A DNA stretch of 64,000 bases from Phallusia mammillata (Eukaryota). The DNA lies in contig OZ281498.1 of NCBI GenBank assembly GCA_965637545.1, positions 18,538,001-18,602,000 on the forward strand, written 5' to 3'. The translations under genes were made by a program, and so were the position numbers. Below the pieces are notes generated by a model. The model did not search any database. It was not told where the DNA came from and saw nothing but the letters and a program-made list of their open reading frames with translations. Below, piece after piece: positions 53,001 through 64,000 of the stretch. How positions within the stretch are numbered: position 1 is the first letter of the stretch; every line of letters starts with the position of its first letter.

Positions 53001-55717
53001 CAAGCATTCATCACTTATCAATCAACGACTTATAATCTTTTCCTTGCTTTAACCTTGACCTGTGTTATGCAGACTCACGTGACCTGAAATCCAATGACGT
53101 CAAACGTACCTCAAACAGCACTGAATCCGAAGACGAAGGTTATGGCGTCATCAAGCGATTTGACGTCGTTGACGTGGCCGCCGACTTGGCCAAGTGCAAA
53201 TTGGAAACTAATCGCGGGTCGGTGTTCGACGACAGTGATTATGACGAAGTAATGGACTTTATGACGTCACCGACATCCAGCACGTGCGAAGAGACGAAGG
53301 TTATTGAAGAAGGTGCGTTGTTTGTCAGTCGGTCATGATTTATTAGTTGTTAACGACATAAAGGCAGCAATAAATTGTTAAGATTCGTTTTCCACCTGGC
53401 GCATAGGAGCAGCTGGGTGTTGTAATTCGGTTTCCAACCTAGACGCCTTTATCTCGAAATGCTTAACTCACTAGGGTGTAAATATATTTATGTTGTTTCA
53501 AGACATTTAAGTTAAATCCAGCAGAAACAGTTGTTCAAACCTCATGCACATATTGCTCATTACTTAAGATTATTTTGCGTAATTAAATCGTACTCAATTG
53601 TTTCATTTTCGTGACTTGGTATTTTTCAACACAGCTACGATACCTGAGTCCAGTCCAACCTGCGAGGATCCGGACCTTGATAATTCGTCGAAACGATCCT
53701 CAGCGGCGTCCCAGGTCGAATCTGTAGCGTCAAGTGGAACTCTGTCCTCCTCTGGGGTGGAAAGCAGTGACGAAAAGCCTAACCCGAAATATGCAAGCCT
53801 CGACATAGCGGTAAGCATGCCAGTGATTGATGACTTCAGCATACTACAATTTGGCTTCGACAAACTGCAATTGACTTTAACATGCTAACTTACAATTTTA
53901 GCATAATACAAGATTTTTTTAGTTTTGTATTGTAAGGTTATGTTTTGTGGTTTGAAAGAAAATGAAATTCATTTTCTCCAAAGTTTATGATGGGCAAAAA
54001 TATGGGATTTTTCGTGTAATTTTAATAGTAAAGTTAGTTTTTGTCTTGCAAAATAACATAAAGGTCAAATTTTACCCAAAGATCTTTTTGCTTTCAGAAA
54101 ATCCTACACACTCGTAAGCGCATTCAACATAGCTTGCATACACCACAAGCCAACGAAATCAAACCAGAGCCAGCCGAGGAGGAACCGCCAACATCAAACA
54201 CCATGGTCACTAAAAAGAAGAGCTCCTCTGTGTATAAACGCCATACACACTACGGCACTTTAGGTCGCCGTAGCAAGTCATCATCAAAACGCGCTTCGTC
54301 CATTTCCCGACCGCTTTCTGGAAGCGAAAACGACTACACCGATAGCGCCAACTACCAGCCAGGCGATTATTCCACCTTTGACCCCTCAAGGTCGCGCAAG
54401 ATTCATGAAAATCACTTCACTTTCGAGCGACCGAAATCACGTGATTCGGATTCGGACGGCAACAGCGACACCAACCGGAGCTCTGGCGGGTTTGAAGGCG
54501 GAAGCAAGCGGTGGAGTCGACTGAGTGCTAACTCACAAAATAGCGACAAGGTGGGTTGGAATATAAAACACGTGCTTTTGTACTTAAGTCGGTTTCAAAT
54601 ACGCCACTGACTTAGGATATATAAAAAAGGGCAGTGACTTTTATACAGATATAAAAAACTGATCAGGATTCGTCCCCGGGAGCGTCCTGGGTTCGAACCC
54701 CGTGAAAAAAGAATATACTTGGCAATCTTTTTTTTAAAAAATGATAAATATAAAAACGAACATAATGGTTGTGTTACTGCAGATTATGCGCAATGGTATT
54801 TGTTGCTCTGGCGTATGACAAAACTGTCCTAAAACGCATACCTAAAGGATTGATGTACGCTTAAAGAATTTATCTAGCTAATAGTGTTCTATAGAAAACT
54901 TAAGATTTGGTATTGAGTTAAATATACATTTTTCACACAGGCTATTTCAATCTCCCCTCAAAAAGGCCCATTTAAAGCCTTCCGTCGCTTCGTGTACAGC
55001 ACCAGCAGTGCAAACGTGAACTCCACCGGACCGCTCTCGCACGAAGAGAAAAAAGCCATGATCCAGATCTGTGTGGCCGATGCGAATAGCAACAATAACA
55101 ACAGCAGCCACCCAAACGTCGAGGATAACATGACCAGAGGCGAATACGCCATGCACCACGATGCTAAGAAAAACAGCTATAGCTGTATTCCTGTGGGATC
55201 AGTAGACGCAACTGCTGAGTACTCGTTTTCACCCAGAACTGACAGTTCGCCAAGACGCGATACTCATTCTCTTTTACGGAAACTCTCGAAAAAATCTTCC
55301 CCGACGCGAGGACGCGATCCCCGGCGCTCAAGCCTACCTTCGCAGAGCATGTATGACGTAAGGAGTACGTCACAGCCGCCAGTAAACGACGTCACCCCGC
55401 CGCGATTCCAGTACGGTGACGGTTCTCAACCCCGAAGTGACATCGAGAGCAGAGTGATGGAGTCTGTGGAACGGAACGACAGGAGCAAGAGCGAACGGAA
55501 GTCACTGCAAAAATCCGGAAGCCTCAAAAGGCTGTTTTCTTTCGCGAAACGACGGCCTTCCGTCAAGAAATCACCGGTGAAACGGAGAGACACTGAACCT
55601 GCCTCCACTATGAATAAAAGTCTAAGTTACTCTTCCCCTCAGCTGTCCGTGTTCGCCGTAAACTCGCCTGGAACTCGGACGAGTAAAGCTGGACTGGCAC
55701 AAAAACTCGTTTTTTAA
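50033..55717 (+). CDS. Uncharacterized, largely disordered Ser/acidic/basic-rich protein with N-terminal MCLCL and multiple Tyr motifs (6 exons, ~646 aa)
   Basis: Exons 50033-50079, 51125-51372, 53073-53312, 53635-53810, 54098-54550, 54941-55717; GT-AG, phases 2/1/1/0/0 consistent, total 1941 nt, GC-richer than flanks. No globular domain recognised. Exon 1 was inferred from frame fit and a strong donor (CG|GTGAGA); Met at 51249 is an alternative start. Confidence 0.78.
54665..54712 (+). repeat. tRNA/SINE B-box fragment in intron
   Basis: GGGTTCGAACCCCG followed by an A-run; no intact A-box or cloverleaf. Confidence 0.35.
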
Positions 55718-57185
55718 CTCAGATGTCTATGATGTTGTGCACGCCTTGCCAATGAAAACTGCCATAAATCTTCCACACTCAAAAAGTATGCCCAAAAACG
55801 TCTACTATTTTCCAACGGAACACAATCTACCCTTCAACGTCTGCCACAAAGCCGATAAGAATAACAGGACAAGCCTCTATCGGTAGCTTGATACCTGGTC
55901 AACAAACGAAGTATAGCTCATCAGTTTTTGGTTACTGCTAAAGCCGATTGGAGTTACCCGCTTCTAACCGTTTTATTTATATTATTTAACTGTTCCGTCC
56001 GTTTTGTATGTGTTTGTTTATTCTTGGTTTTTGTTTGGAATGAGTTGGGCGTTATTTTCACTGCTTTCTGTCCCATCCCGTCTCGTCGCATTGTAATAAA
56101 ATGTGAAATGAGTTTACTATTATCCGAAGTTGTGTATACAGATTTTTGTTTACATTTTGTTCACAGGTTAACAAACCCGATGCAGTGTGGCATGATAATC
56201 AGACTTGATTGCGCTAACCAAAGTTATGGTTTTGTTTCGCCGTGCGCCAGATTGATCATCATAAACAAATCCCAAGACAGTGTTCTAGATTGTCGAGAGT
56301 CTAAAATTTAGTGAAGACCCAAGCCCAAATTTGTAAGTCTGGCAGAGCTTTTAGGGCCTGGTTCGGGTTCAGGCCTAAGTTTCAATAGATATTGACCAGA
56401 CTTTACACTTGAAATTATTTTTGCCACGTTTCCCCCTAACTTTCGTCCTGATTTTGGCTTAGGTTAGGGCAAACTGGTTTCGGGTTCGATTCCCAATTTC
56501 GTAGCAGAAAACGTGTGACCTTGTGTGTTCGAATCTCAACGCATTTTGGATCTCTACCTACGCTTTGCCTGGGAATGCTTGGGTAAACAGCTTACTGGAC
56601 CTTGTAAGGTGTATGCGAGCCAGCTGGAAAATACAAAACACCACACAAGTTGTGGTTGAAGTCATATTTACAAAGTATACAAACAAACACATCAAAAACG
56701 ATTTAGGATGCATTGTGGACAAAGAATATCAGTGCATCTCTGTGTTAGCCGTTTGCACAACTGATATTGTCAAAAGTCATGTAAAATAACCCCCACGAGG
56801 TATATAAAAATTAGGCCGGAACATTGAGGCTTTGCGTGGTTCGAGAAAACGTTGAAACAATGCGGAAATGTGAAGTAAAACATAAACAAGGTACACTTGG
56901 GAAACTGCGAGCTTCATTTAATTGTTGCAAAACACAGTTATTGGCAAACAAATATGTTTTGGAGATCTAGTAACGCCAGAAACAAAGCAAATCTATGCTC
57001 AAAACTGTATGAAACAACTTCTCCAAAATAATAAAATTCTTGAAAATTAAACTGCTTATCTTTTTACAAGTTTAAAGTTAGTCCATATTTGCATTTTTTG
57101 CGCTATTTCAACCAAAGGCAATAACAGTATGAGCGCAATTACTTGCAATACTGTCAGTAGAACTACAAACTTCACAGAACAACTG

Positions 57186-58891
57186 TCATTGACTTTCTAT
57201 CACTTTATCAGGCATCAACATGTGCGAGCCCGAAACAAACTCATCAGCCTGTAGAATGTCCAGAAGGTGGCGCACCGGCTCCGTGGCGTCTCTCACCTGC
57301 CCACTAGCGGTCATATGGCTAAAGAACTGGCGCATTTCAGGAACACTGATTTGCTGTAGGGAGTCCCACATGTCTGTGTTTACTGGTCCTGGGCCGAAAC
57401 TTAAAACACGAACATCGGGTTCTTCGATAGCTAGAACCTATGGAATGAAAAGCGTATGGATTAATTTTGTCAATTTCTTAAAAAAAAAGCCTAATAACAT
57501 GCTGTCAAGGCTTTATTTTTCATACAATAATCTTTATTCGGGAGTTTATTGTCTTGATTTTTAGCTTTGGTTTTGCAATGACCTTTGGCCAGGCAAATTT
57601 GTAACATTTTATTTCAAATTTCCTTTTTTCAGCTAACTTTGTTATTGTAATAACTCCATGCTTTCTTATTTCCTTTTTTCATTCCAACGTTACCAGCATT
57701 TGGGCATTGACCAGAGGGACTGAAAGCATGCGCCAACGAGTCCCTTTTGATAGTTTACATGTGACTACACGGTAGTATAAACCTCCATACCAAATCAGGA
57801 CATCTCTCTCTCTTTTTTTACATTACCTGTAACTTTTTGCCCACGGTCATACTGTATGTTTTATACTGTAAGGGCGTACTCTGCACCTATTGTTACAAAC
57901 AAAGAGATATAGGCGCTCTCGTCAAAGTTAGAACGCCCTGCATATAATCCATACAAAATCAATACCTTAAACAGCATCAAGCGAGCCGCTTTTGCTGCGC
58001 AGTAAAGGGAAAGTCCCGGCGTAGGTTGCTCGCTGGTGCGTGAACTCGTTTGCACGACGGTTTTCCGAACATCCGAAGCGTTCCGAAACTTTCCGATAAA
58101 AGCCGAAGTAAGAGCGACGAACGACGAGAGGTTAAGAGACCAGAACGAATCAAGTGCTGACACGTCATCGTTCTCCGACAGCTTGATTGTGATGTCACTA
58201 AGGGATCCAGCATTGTTGACAAGTATTGCGTGGCGGAAATCGACCCCTTCCGCATGAGAAAAAACGTTGTCCAGCAGATTTGTGTTTGATTTTGAGAGAT
58301 CATGAGATACTGTGTACACCTGCAAAATCATAGGCACTTAAAAATAGAACCAATATCAAAATCAATACGTACGTTTGTAACTGTCAGGTGATTAGATTTG
58401 AAAGACAGAATGGTAACTAACATGCAGTTTTCATAGCGATTTGAGTTATCTCAAGATTTTTACTTTTTGATTTGGTAACGTATAGGCAGTTGTGTAAAAA
58501 CCATATACATGATTCACAAAAGATTTTAAAAGAATGCCAGTCGCGCTATTGTAGCAGTCTGAAACTTTTTCGTTTTTCCCACTGTTTGAGGAACCAATTA
58601 ACTCCCAAGATTTGTTAACCACTAAACCAGCAAGCCCAAAATGATTTGAGGATCTACAAACCTACGTTTTTACATTTGAAGAATCCATCCTACCTGCAAA
58701 TCTTTTTCACTTGACACAGCTTGCAAAACCAGCTTTTTAGTTTCCATTAGACCGATCTTTGACCGAGCGACAAGGACCATCACAGAGCCCTTGCCAAGAA
58801 GCTTGCTAAGCTCTATGCTCATGCACCGACCGATGCCAGCACTGGCCCCCGTGATGATACAGAAAGTTGGTACACCAAATACCGGCCTCAT
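57186..58891 (-). CDS. SPR: Sepiapterin reductase-like short-chain dehydrogenase/reductase (3 coding exons, ~267 aa)
   Basis: Minus-strand exons 58891-58694, 58319-57966, 57437-57186, all phase 0. TGASAGIG, VARS, LVNNAGSL, FWSLNLSS, SS, YCAAKAAR.MLFKVLA.EEP.VRVLSFGPGPV.TDM, DEFVSGSH all align with vertebrate SPR. Probable 5'UTR intron 58923-59089. The C-terminal HVD is out of frame (see findings). Confidence 0.9.
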
Positions 58892-61271
58892 TTTGTTGTG
58901 TTTGCTTAAGTGCTTAAGTGACCTGAGGAAAAATGAGCAAGTCAGAACGCTGATGGTGAAGATAGAGATACAATGTTTGCTGTTTCCGAGTTAATTTAAA
59001 ACAAGATTTTCGGATTTTGTAGTTCCAAGCCCTGGTCGCATTTTTGCCTGGTAATTTGAAAATAAAATAGTTTTAACGTGTTTGCTTACCAGCTAACTTC
59101 TAAATAAATAGTTTCATAACCTGACCTGGTGTAACAAATCAGATCATACATAAGATTTTTGAAACGTATATTAAAAGTTAGCTAAGTTAAGTCTTAAATC
59201 TTATTGGAACCTCTTTAACCAGGACTCATTTTTACATCCTGTTTTAGTCGACACCACCCTCTTGTGTATATAATTGACAAAACTTGGATTAAAAACGTGA
59301 TTAACAGAAATTTCTGACTATAAACTGGAAACTGTAACAAAAACTGCATAACAAACTGGCATACGATACAAACAGTATTAGATATCACCACTTGATCGTG
59401 TAGTTTTACGAATTTGTCAAAGCTCTGCAAGCTAGTTCAGCAATCCGTGTTGCACATATGCTAAATTGAAGAGAATGGTTTATATTCGGAGAGGTTTCTT
59501 ATGTAGCGCTACATATACAGCACTAATAGCCCAATCAAAGCTCTAACTACTATGCAGCCCGTCTGGGCACCTGTACATGTATGAATTGTTTTCTGTATAA
59601 TATATAATATAGCAATACAATTCCAGTACAATACTGTGAAAATCCCCCAGCAATCATCAGTGAGGATCACACGACCACGTTTCTTGTGAACTGTGTCACT
59701 ACAGAAATATATCCGAAATGTCACACTATTTTAGCCGTGAAGTTTAACCTAACTTAATCTGCACCTGAATAGAACTGTCCATGCTGCAACTAGTGGTTGA
59801 ACAACCACAAACAGGCAGGTTAAGTCAGTGGCAGGGTTCGTAATTGGGACTTATACGGGTCAAAAATAGGTCAACCCTCAAATTACGGACGTTGGGCTCC
59901 AGCTTAATGTAATACGGTGGGTGACTTTCGGGGTGGTAAACAGAATGCCTGACATGCATTTTAACCCTTGAAACTATTTCATGCGCAAAGATGGCTTATT
60001 TTTTCCCCGTGACAGTGTCGCAAACACATAAAGTCAAAAACTGGCAAATACGTTGTCCTATATTTTACCGACTTTTCAACGTCCTACTCTGGCCACTTTC
60101 TCAGGATAATAACACTCCACGGTCGCCAAGAAAAAATATATTTAGGCATAATCTTAATGTTCGTATACTGGCCTTTCTGAGCTGATTTTTATGCCGAGCA
60201 AATGGTGCAATCTGCCAGACGTCTGTTATATGTCACCGTTTTATCATTGTCCCTTTCCCATCAGCAGCTGAGGACTTAATTGCGTTTTGTTTTAAATATA
60301 ATGTTCGTAAATATTGGCGATCTATCGGAATTGCGTTCAATTTAGCAGAAAATCAAATGCCAATTTTATCAAATCTAAGTTGTAAAATGCCTTGATGGTT
60401 TGCATTAGACATTTAAAAACAAATCTATTGAAGCAAGCATCTTATATTTTCTTGATTACAATTTTAACTTCCTATGTGATAAATTTGAGTTAACATGACA
60501 TTCCAATAAATTTAGTTCTAAATTAAATTTGTGATTGTGAAATGTTAAATTTAAAATTTCGGTCACATTGTTTCAAATTGACATATTCAAATTGAGTAGT
60601 TTAACAAAACACCCATTGGCTAGTTTTCCACGTAACACACCTATTCGACAAAGCCGTCAACGAGTAAAAGGAGTTGCACTGTAAGTTCACCACAAAACCA
60701 ACGAAAGCCTACCACATGATTTGACAAAAACCGTTAGTCAAAGCTTTCCCTAATGACCTACGAAATAACAAAAATCACAAAAATCTCAAAATACAGTGGG
60801 TTTGCGTAGTAACACTGCCCTTCGTACATAACAAAACAAAAATGTCAAATATTTACCCTCACTTAAACTACTAATATCGACCTGATGCAACTGAAGCAAA
60901 TCAAAACATAGAGCTATATTTAGATTAATAAATCTAGGAAAAACGTAATTCAAGTGTAGTGACGATTGTTTTGGTCCTCAAAGCCCTTAAGCGAGCAGAC
61001 AAAAGTACTTTAGGTCGTTTCAAAAAGGTTATTGATTAGTGATATATGATTGTTTTTTGTCAGTATTGAAGTATACTTTGCACACCTCAAGGGCTTCTAA
61101 AAATAAATGCGTTACTATTTGCAAAGTGATGCGCTACACATTTATTGACAGAATTCTTTATTGTGTATTATGGGCAACAAACAGCCCTTACCTAAAGATT
61201 CCATAAAGTAATTTTTAAGGCCATTATAGTTTGTTAAATGGTTTGCATTGCAATGTATGCACTATATGTAA

Positions 61272-61340
61272 GCTTTCTAAAAGTTTTAGCTTTCTCAAAG
61301 TTCTAACTTTCTAAAAGTTTCTAAAAGAAGTTATTTCTAA
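61272..61340. repeat. Low-complexity tandem repeat of TTTCTAAAAG-like units
   Basis: About five degenerate copies of (C)TTTCTAAAAG(TT). Confidence 0.6.
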
Positions 61341-64000
61341 AAAAATACGTTCAATGAAGCGATTGTTAAGTACTAAATATGATCCTTTCACATATGCACT
61401 GTGTGTTTAACTAATACACACGTGGTTGCTATGGTAACCTATTCTGTGGCTAGGTCGTATCTGATTCGGGATTCTTTTTCAACTCATCGGATAAAGAATA
61501 TCTCTTCAAAATTGCTACATGCATAAATTCTGCCAAACAAACTTTTCACAACCGACCATCAGAAAGTGCTCTCCAAACAGCTAACCCGAATGCAATGGCC
61601 ACAATGACAGTGGTATAAAGATCGAAATCCAGTTAATAATTTACTGATTTTACAACTTGTTTACAGGGTCCTTTGAAAATGGGGCAACCACTGCAAACAG
61701 ACTTGCATAGCTGTACCATATACAGACGTTTTTCGGCACTACAACATTTTATCATCACAGACTCAAGAACCCATAGTAACATGTGAAGACGATACGGTCA
61801 GGTTTCTCAGTTACAAGTGTTTTTGCCGTTCCAGCTGCAAAACAAACTTGACGTTTATGGCGTGAACTACAGGACACTAAATATCTGGGTTAAGACTTCC
61901 TGCCTAAAAGTTTTGCAAACAGTACGCCGCGGGGCCCAGTGCTTAGTCACAAATTTTCCGGGTAAACAAGTAATTCCTGGCCCTTTTGACTAGCAAATAG
62001 ATCTATTGACAACAGAACTGTCATGAAAGCAAAAAGTACAGACTTGTTGACACAAAATAAGACAGATTGCACAAACCTTTCTTTGTCCATCCTTTGTCTA
62101 AAACTGCAAACACTTGGCTGGAAAGAATAAGAATCCTTACAACGCCCTTGCAATCACAAAACAAACTGTCAAACCTTCGCGACGCCCAAAGTTAAAACTA
62201 AGCTGCTGCAAAGGCCTAGTCAATTGAGTAATTTTGACTTCAACGCACGCAATCATTGTTAACACGTGCACTTTGTCAACCTATTGATTGTCAACAATAC
62301 ATTACACTATTCTAGAGATAAATATAGACGTAAAAACCATTGACAATTTGGTAAAAATAGTAACAAAATATCGATCGTTTACACGTTTGCAACAAAAGTC
62401 ATCAATTAGAGGACTATTACGATAAACTTAAGGGCCAGCTTAGCAAATAGGCTGGATTCTTGGAACATTGTCAAAGCAGATTATTGACAGGTTTAATCCG
62501 GTTTTAACTGGTTTAGCAGGATGTGACAATTTGAAATCCGCACACTACGGTTCTGCCCATCACGTTGTATGCTGCTTTGAATTTGCTGTACATTAAATTA
62601 CAAAACTCATAATGGCAGACAAATTGGAAAAAGGGGCATCTGAATTTGCGACGACTACCAAAAAATTAAACTGTGCAGAACCTAACACGTTGAAAAACAG
62701 CCAATCCTTAGCAATCACAGTTTAATATCATTATTCTACAAGAAAAGTTTCACAATGGATTTTTTCGATAGTACATTTACACTAACAATGTTGAAGCTAA
62801 AATAACGTTATAACCAGACTTGTATGTTATGAAAAACTAAATTTGATTATTGCACCATTAACATGAAAACTGCACGAGTCATTGTCTTCAAACAGGGCAT
62901 CTTACAACGTTGTTTAACAATTTGACAGTTTTATGCACAAATCAATCTTTAGATTTTATTTTAACTCCACATATTTAGATTATCACTGGCCAACACAATT
63001 TTTGGTGTCTTTAATGTTAAAACTGATATTGACTAATTTTGGGGTGCTGATTTCAAAAATCGTTACGGTTTTCTTCAATCAGATCAACTTTTTAAGTTAT
63101 TTACAAAATCAAAATTTATGAAATATTGATTCAATGACTTTAAAATCATGCTTTTATGTGTTTGTTAAAGTTTTGTTACATTATACACATCAATTTCCTA
63201 CAGTGCAGTCAGTTTCATAGCATGAATATGCATTCTATGCTTATGCTCTGTATAAAAATGGTTGGTGCAGGCTAGCGGTAACGTTAAACTATATGTGTTT
63301 TATGGGGTGAATTTTAGACTAGTAAAGCAAGATGGTAAAACTAAAATTAATAGTGGCTAGGTCATCTATAAGGTGTTGCATGAATTACCAAGATGTTTTA
63401 TGCTACATTACTGGTGAATACCCATACAACACAACTAAAAAGAAAAAAAAGATCTGTATCAAATGTGCATATCTTCCACACTTCGATGTGGCTTTAGGGG
63501 TTTAGGACAAGCAATGGGCTCCACATACCTAATGTTGACTGGAATATTGCAGTAATGGACAAAAACAGTAGAAAGGGATTGAAATTATTAGAAAGAGTAT
63601 GCATAACTAAGTTATTAAGCGGTCTGAAAAATTCGGTACGAAAATGAGTATAAAGCTACACTTCCCTTAAATTCTTAAAACGTAGGGGATATAAATGATG
63701 ACAATTAAGCTGAAAGGTTCCAACAGGATATCAGTAAAACGAAACATGTCAGGGAAGAGGGAATAATGTGGTTCTGGCTAACTGCTGTTGGTCAATTAAA
63801 CGGGACGATATTGCTGCCACTCAGTTCCGAAAGTTACCAAAGTACATGTGTAGGCCTATACCTGATAACTTACAACTTTGAAACATTTTGTTGTGTTGCA
63901 TTTGGTTTGTTAGGAGTGTCCACCTGTTACATTTAAAATTAAATTTGAAATTTTGTTCTTGCAATAACGTTAATTCCAAATAAAATACTCAAAACAAGTT

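Noticed and set aside
8378-58891. Functional link between the AANAT-like gene and SPR (monoamine/BH4 pathway cluster)
   Set aside because: They are about 47 kb apart with unrelated genes between; no sequence evidence of co-regulation.
62612-62725. MADKLEKGASEFATTTKKL resembles the VAMP/synaptobrevin SNARE C-terminal half (RADALQAGASQFETSAAKL)
   Set aside because: The match is under 20 aa, with an upstream in-frame stop, no KRKYWW/TM segment and no donor; treated as coincidence unless a profile search says otherwise.
1-64000. Prokaryotic systems (operons, CRISPR arrays, IS elements, defence islands), rRNA genes, intact tRNA genes
   Set aside because: The DNA is intron-containing eukaryotic sequence; no regularly spaced repeat-spacer array, rRNA signature or complete cloverleaf was seen.

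Overview
AT-rich eukaryotic (animal) genomic DNA with short GT-AG introns, not a prokaryotic window. The compact introns, SLC10 duplication and TGACGTCA-rich composition suggest an ascidian/tunicate, but this is inference. Six spliced genes were built by hand with consistent intron phases: (1) SLC10A-family Na+/bile-acid-type symporter, + 223-4743; (2) insect-AANAT-like GNAT N-acyltransferase, + 8378-9919; (3) second SLC10A paralog, - 12071-16216, convergent with the first and sharing its intron positions; (4) orphan 7-TM protein with class-B (adhesion/secretin) GPCR signatures, no visible N-terminal ectodomain and a ~130-aa second extracellular loop, + 23846-27092; (5) ~646-aa largely disordered Ser/Tyr-motif-rich protein starting MCLCL, + 50033-55717; (6) sepiapterin-reductase-like SDR, - 57186-58891, whose pterin-binding His-Val-Asp sits out of frame. 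I found no credible coding exon in about 21 kb (28.9-50 kb) or in 59-64 kb. The window also holds several hAT-type MITEs with 8-bp TSDs, a GG-ended MITE, a tRNA-like element and decayed LINE fragments. Most short ORFs in the supplied track are spurious, antisense to exons, or exon fragments. No database search was possible, so family calls rest on remembered motifs.
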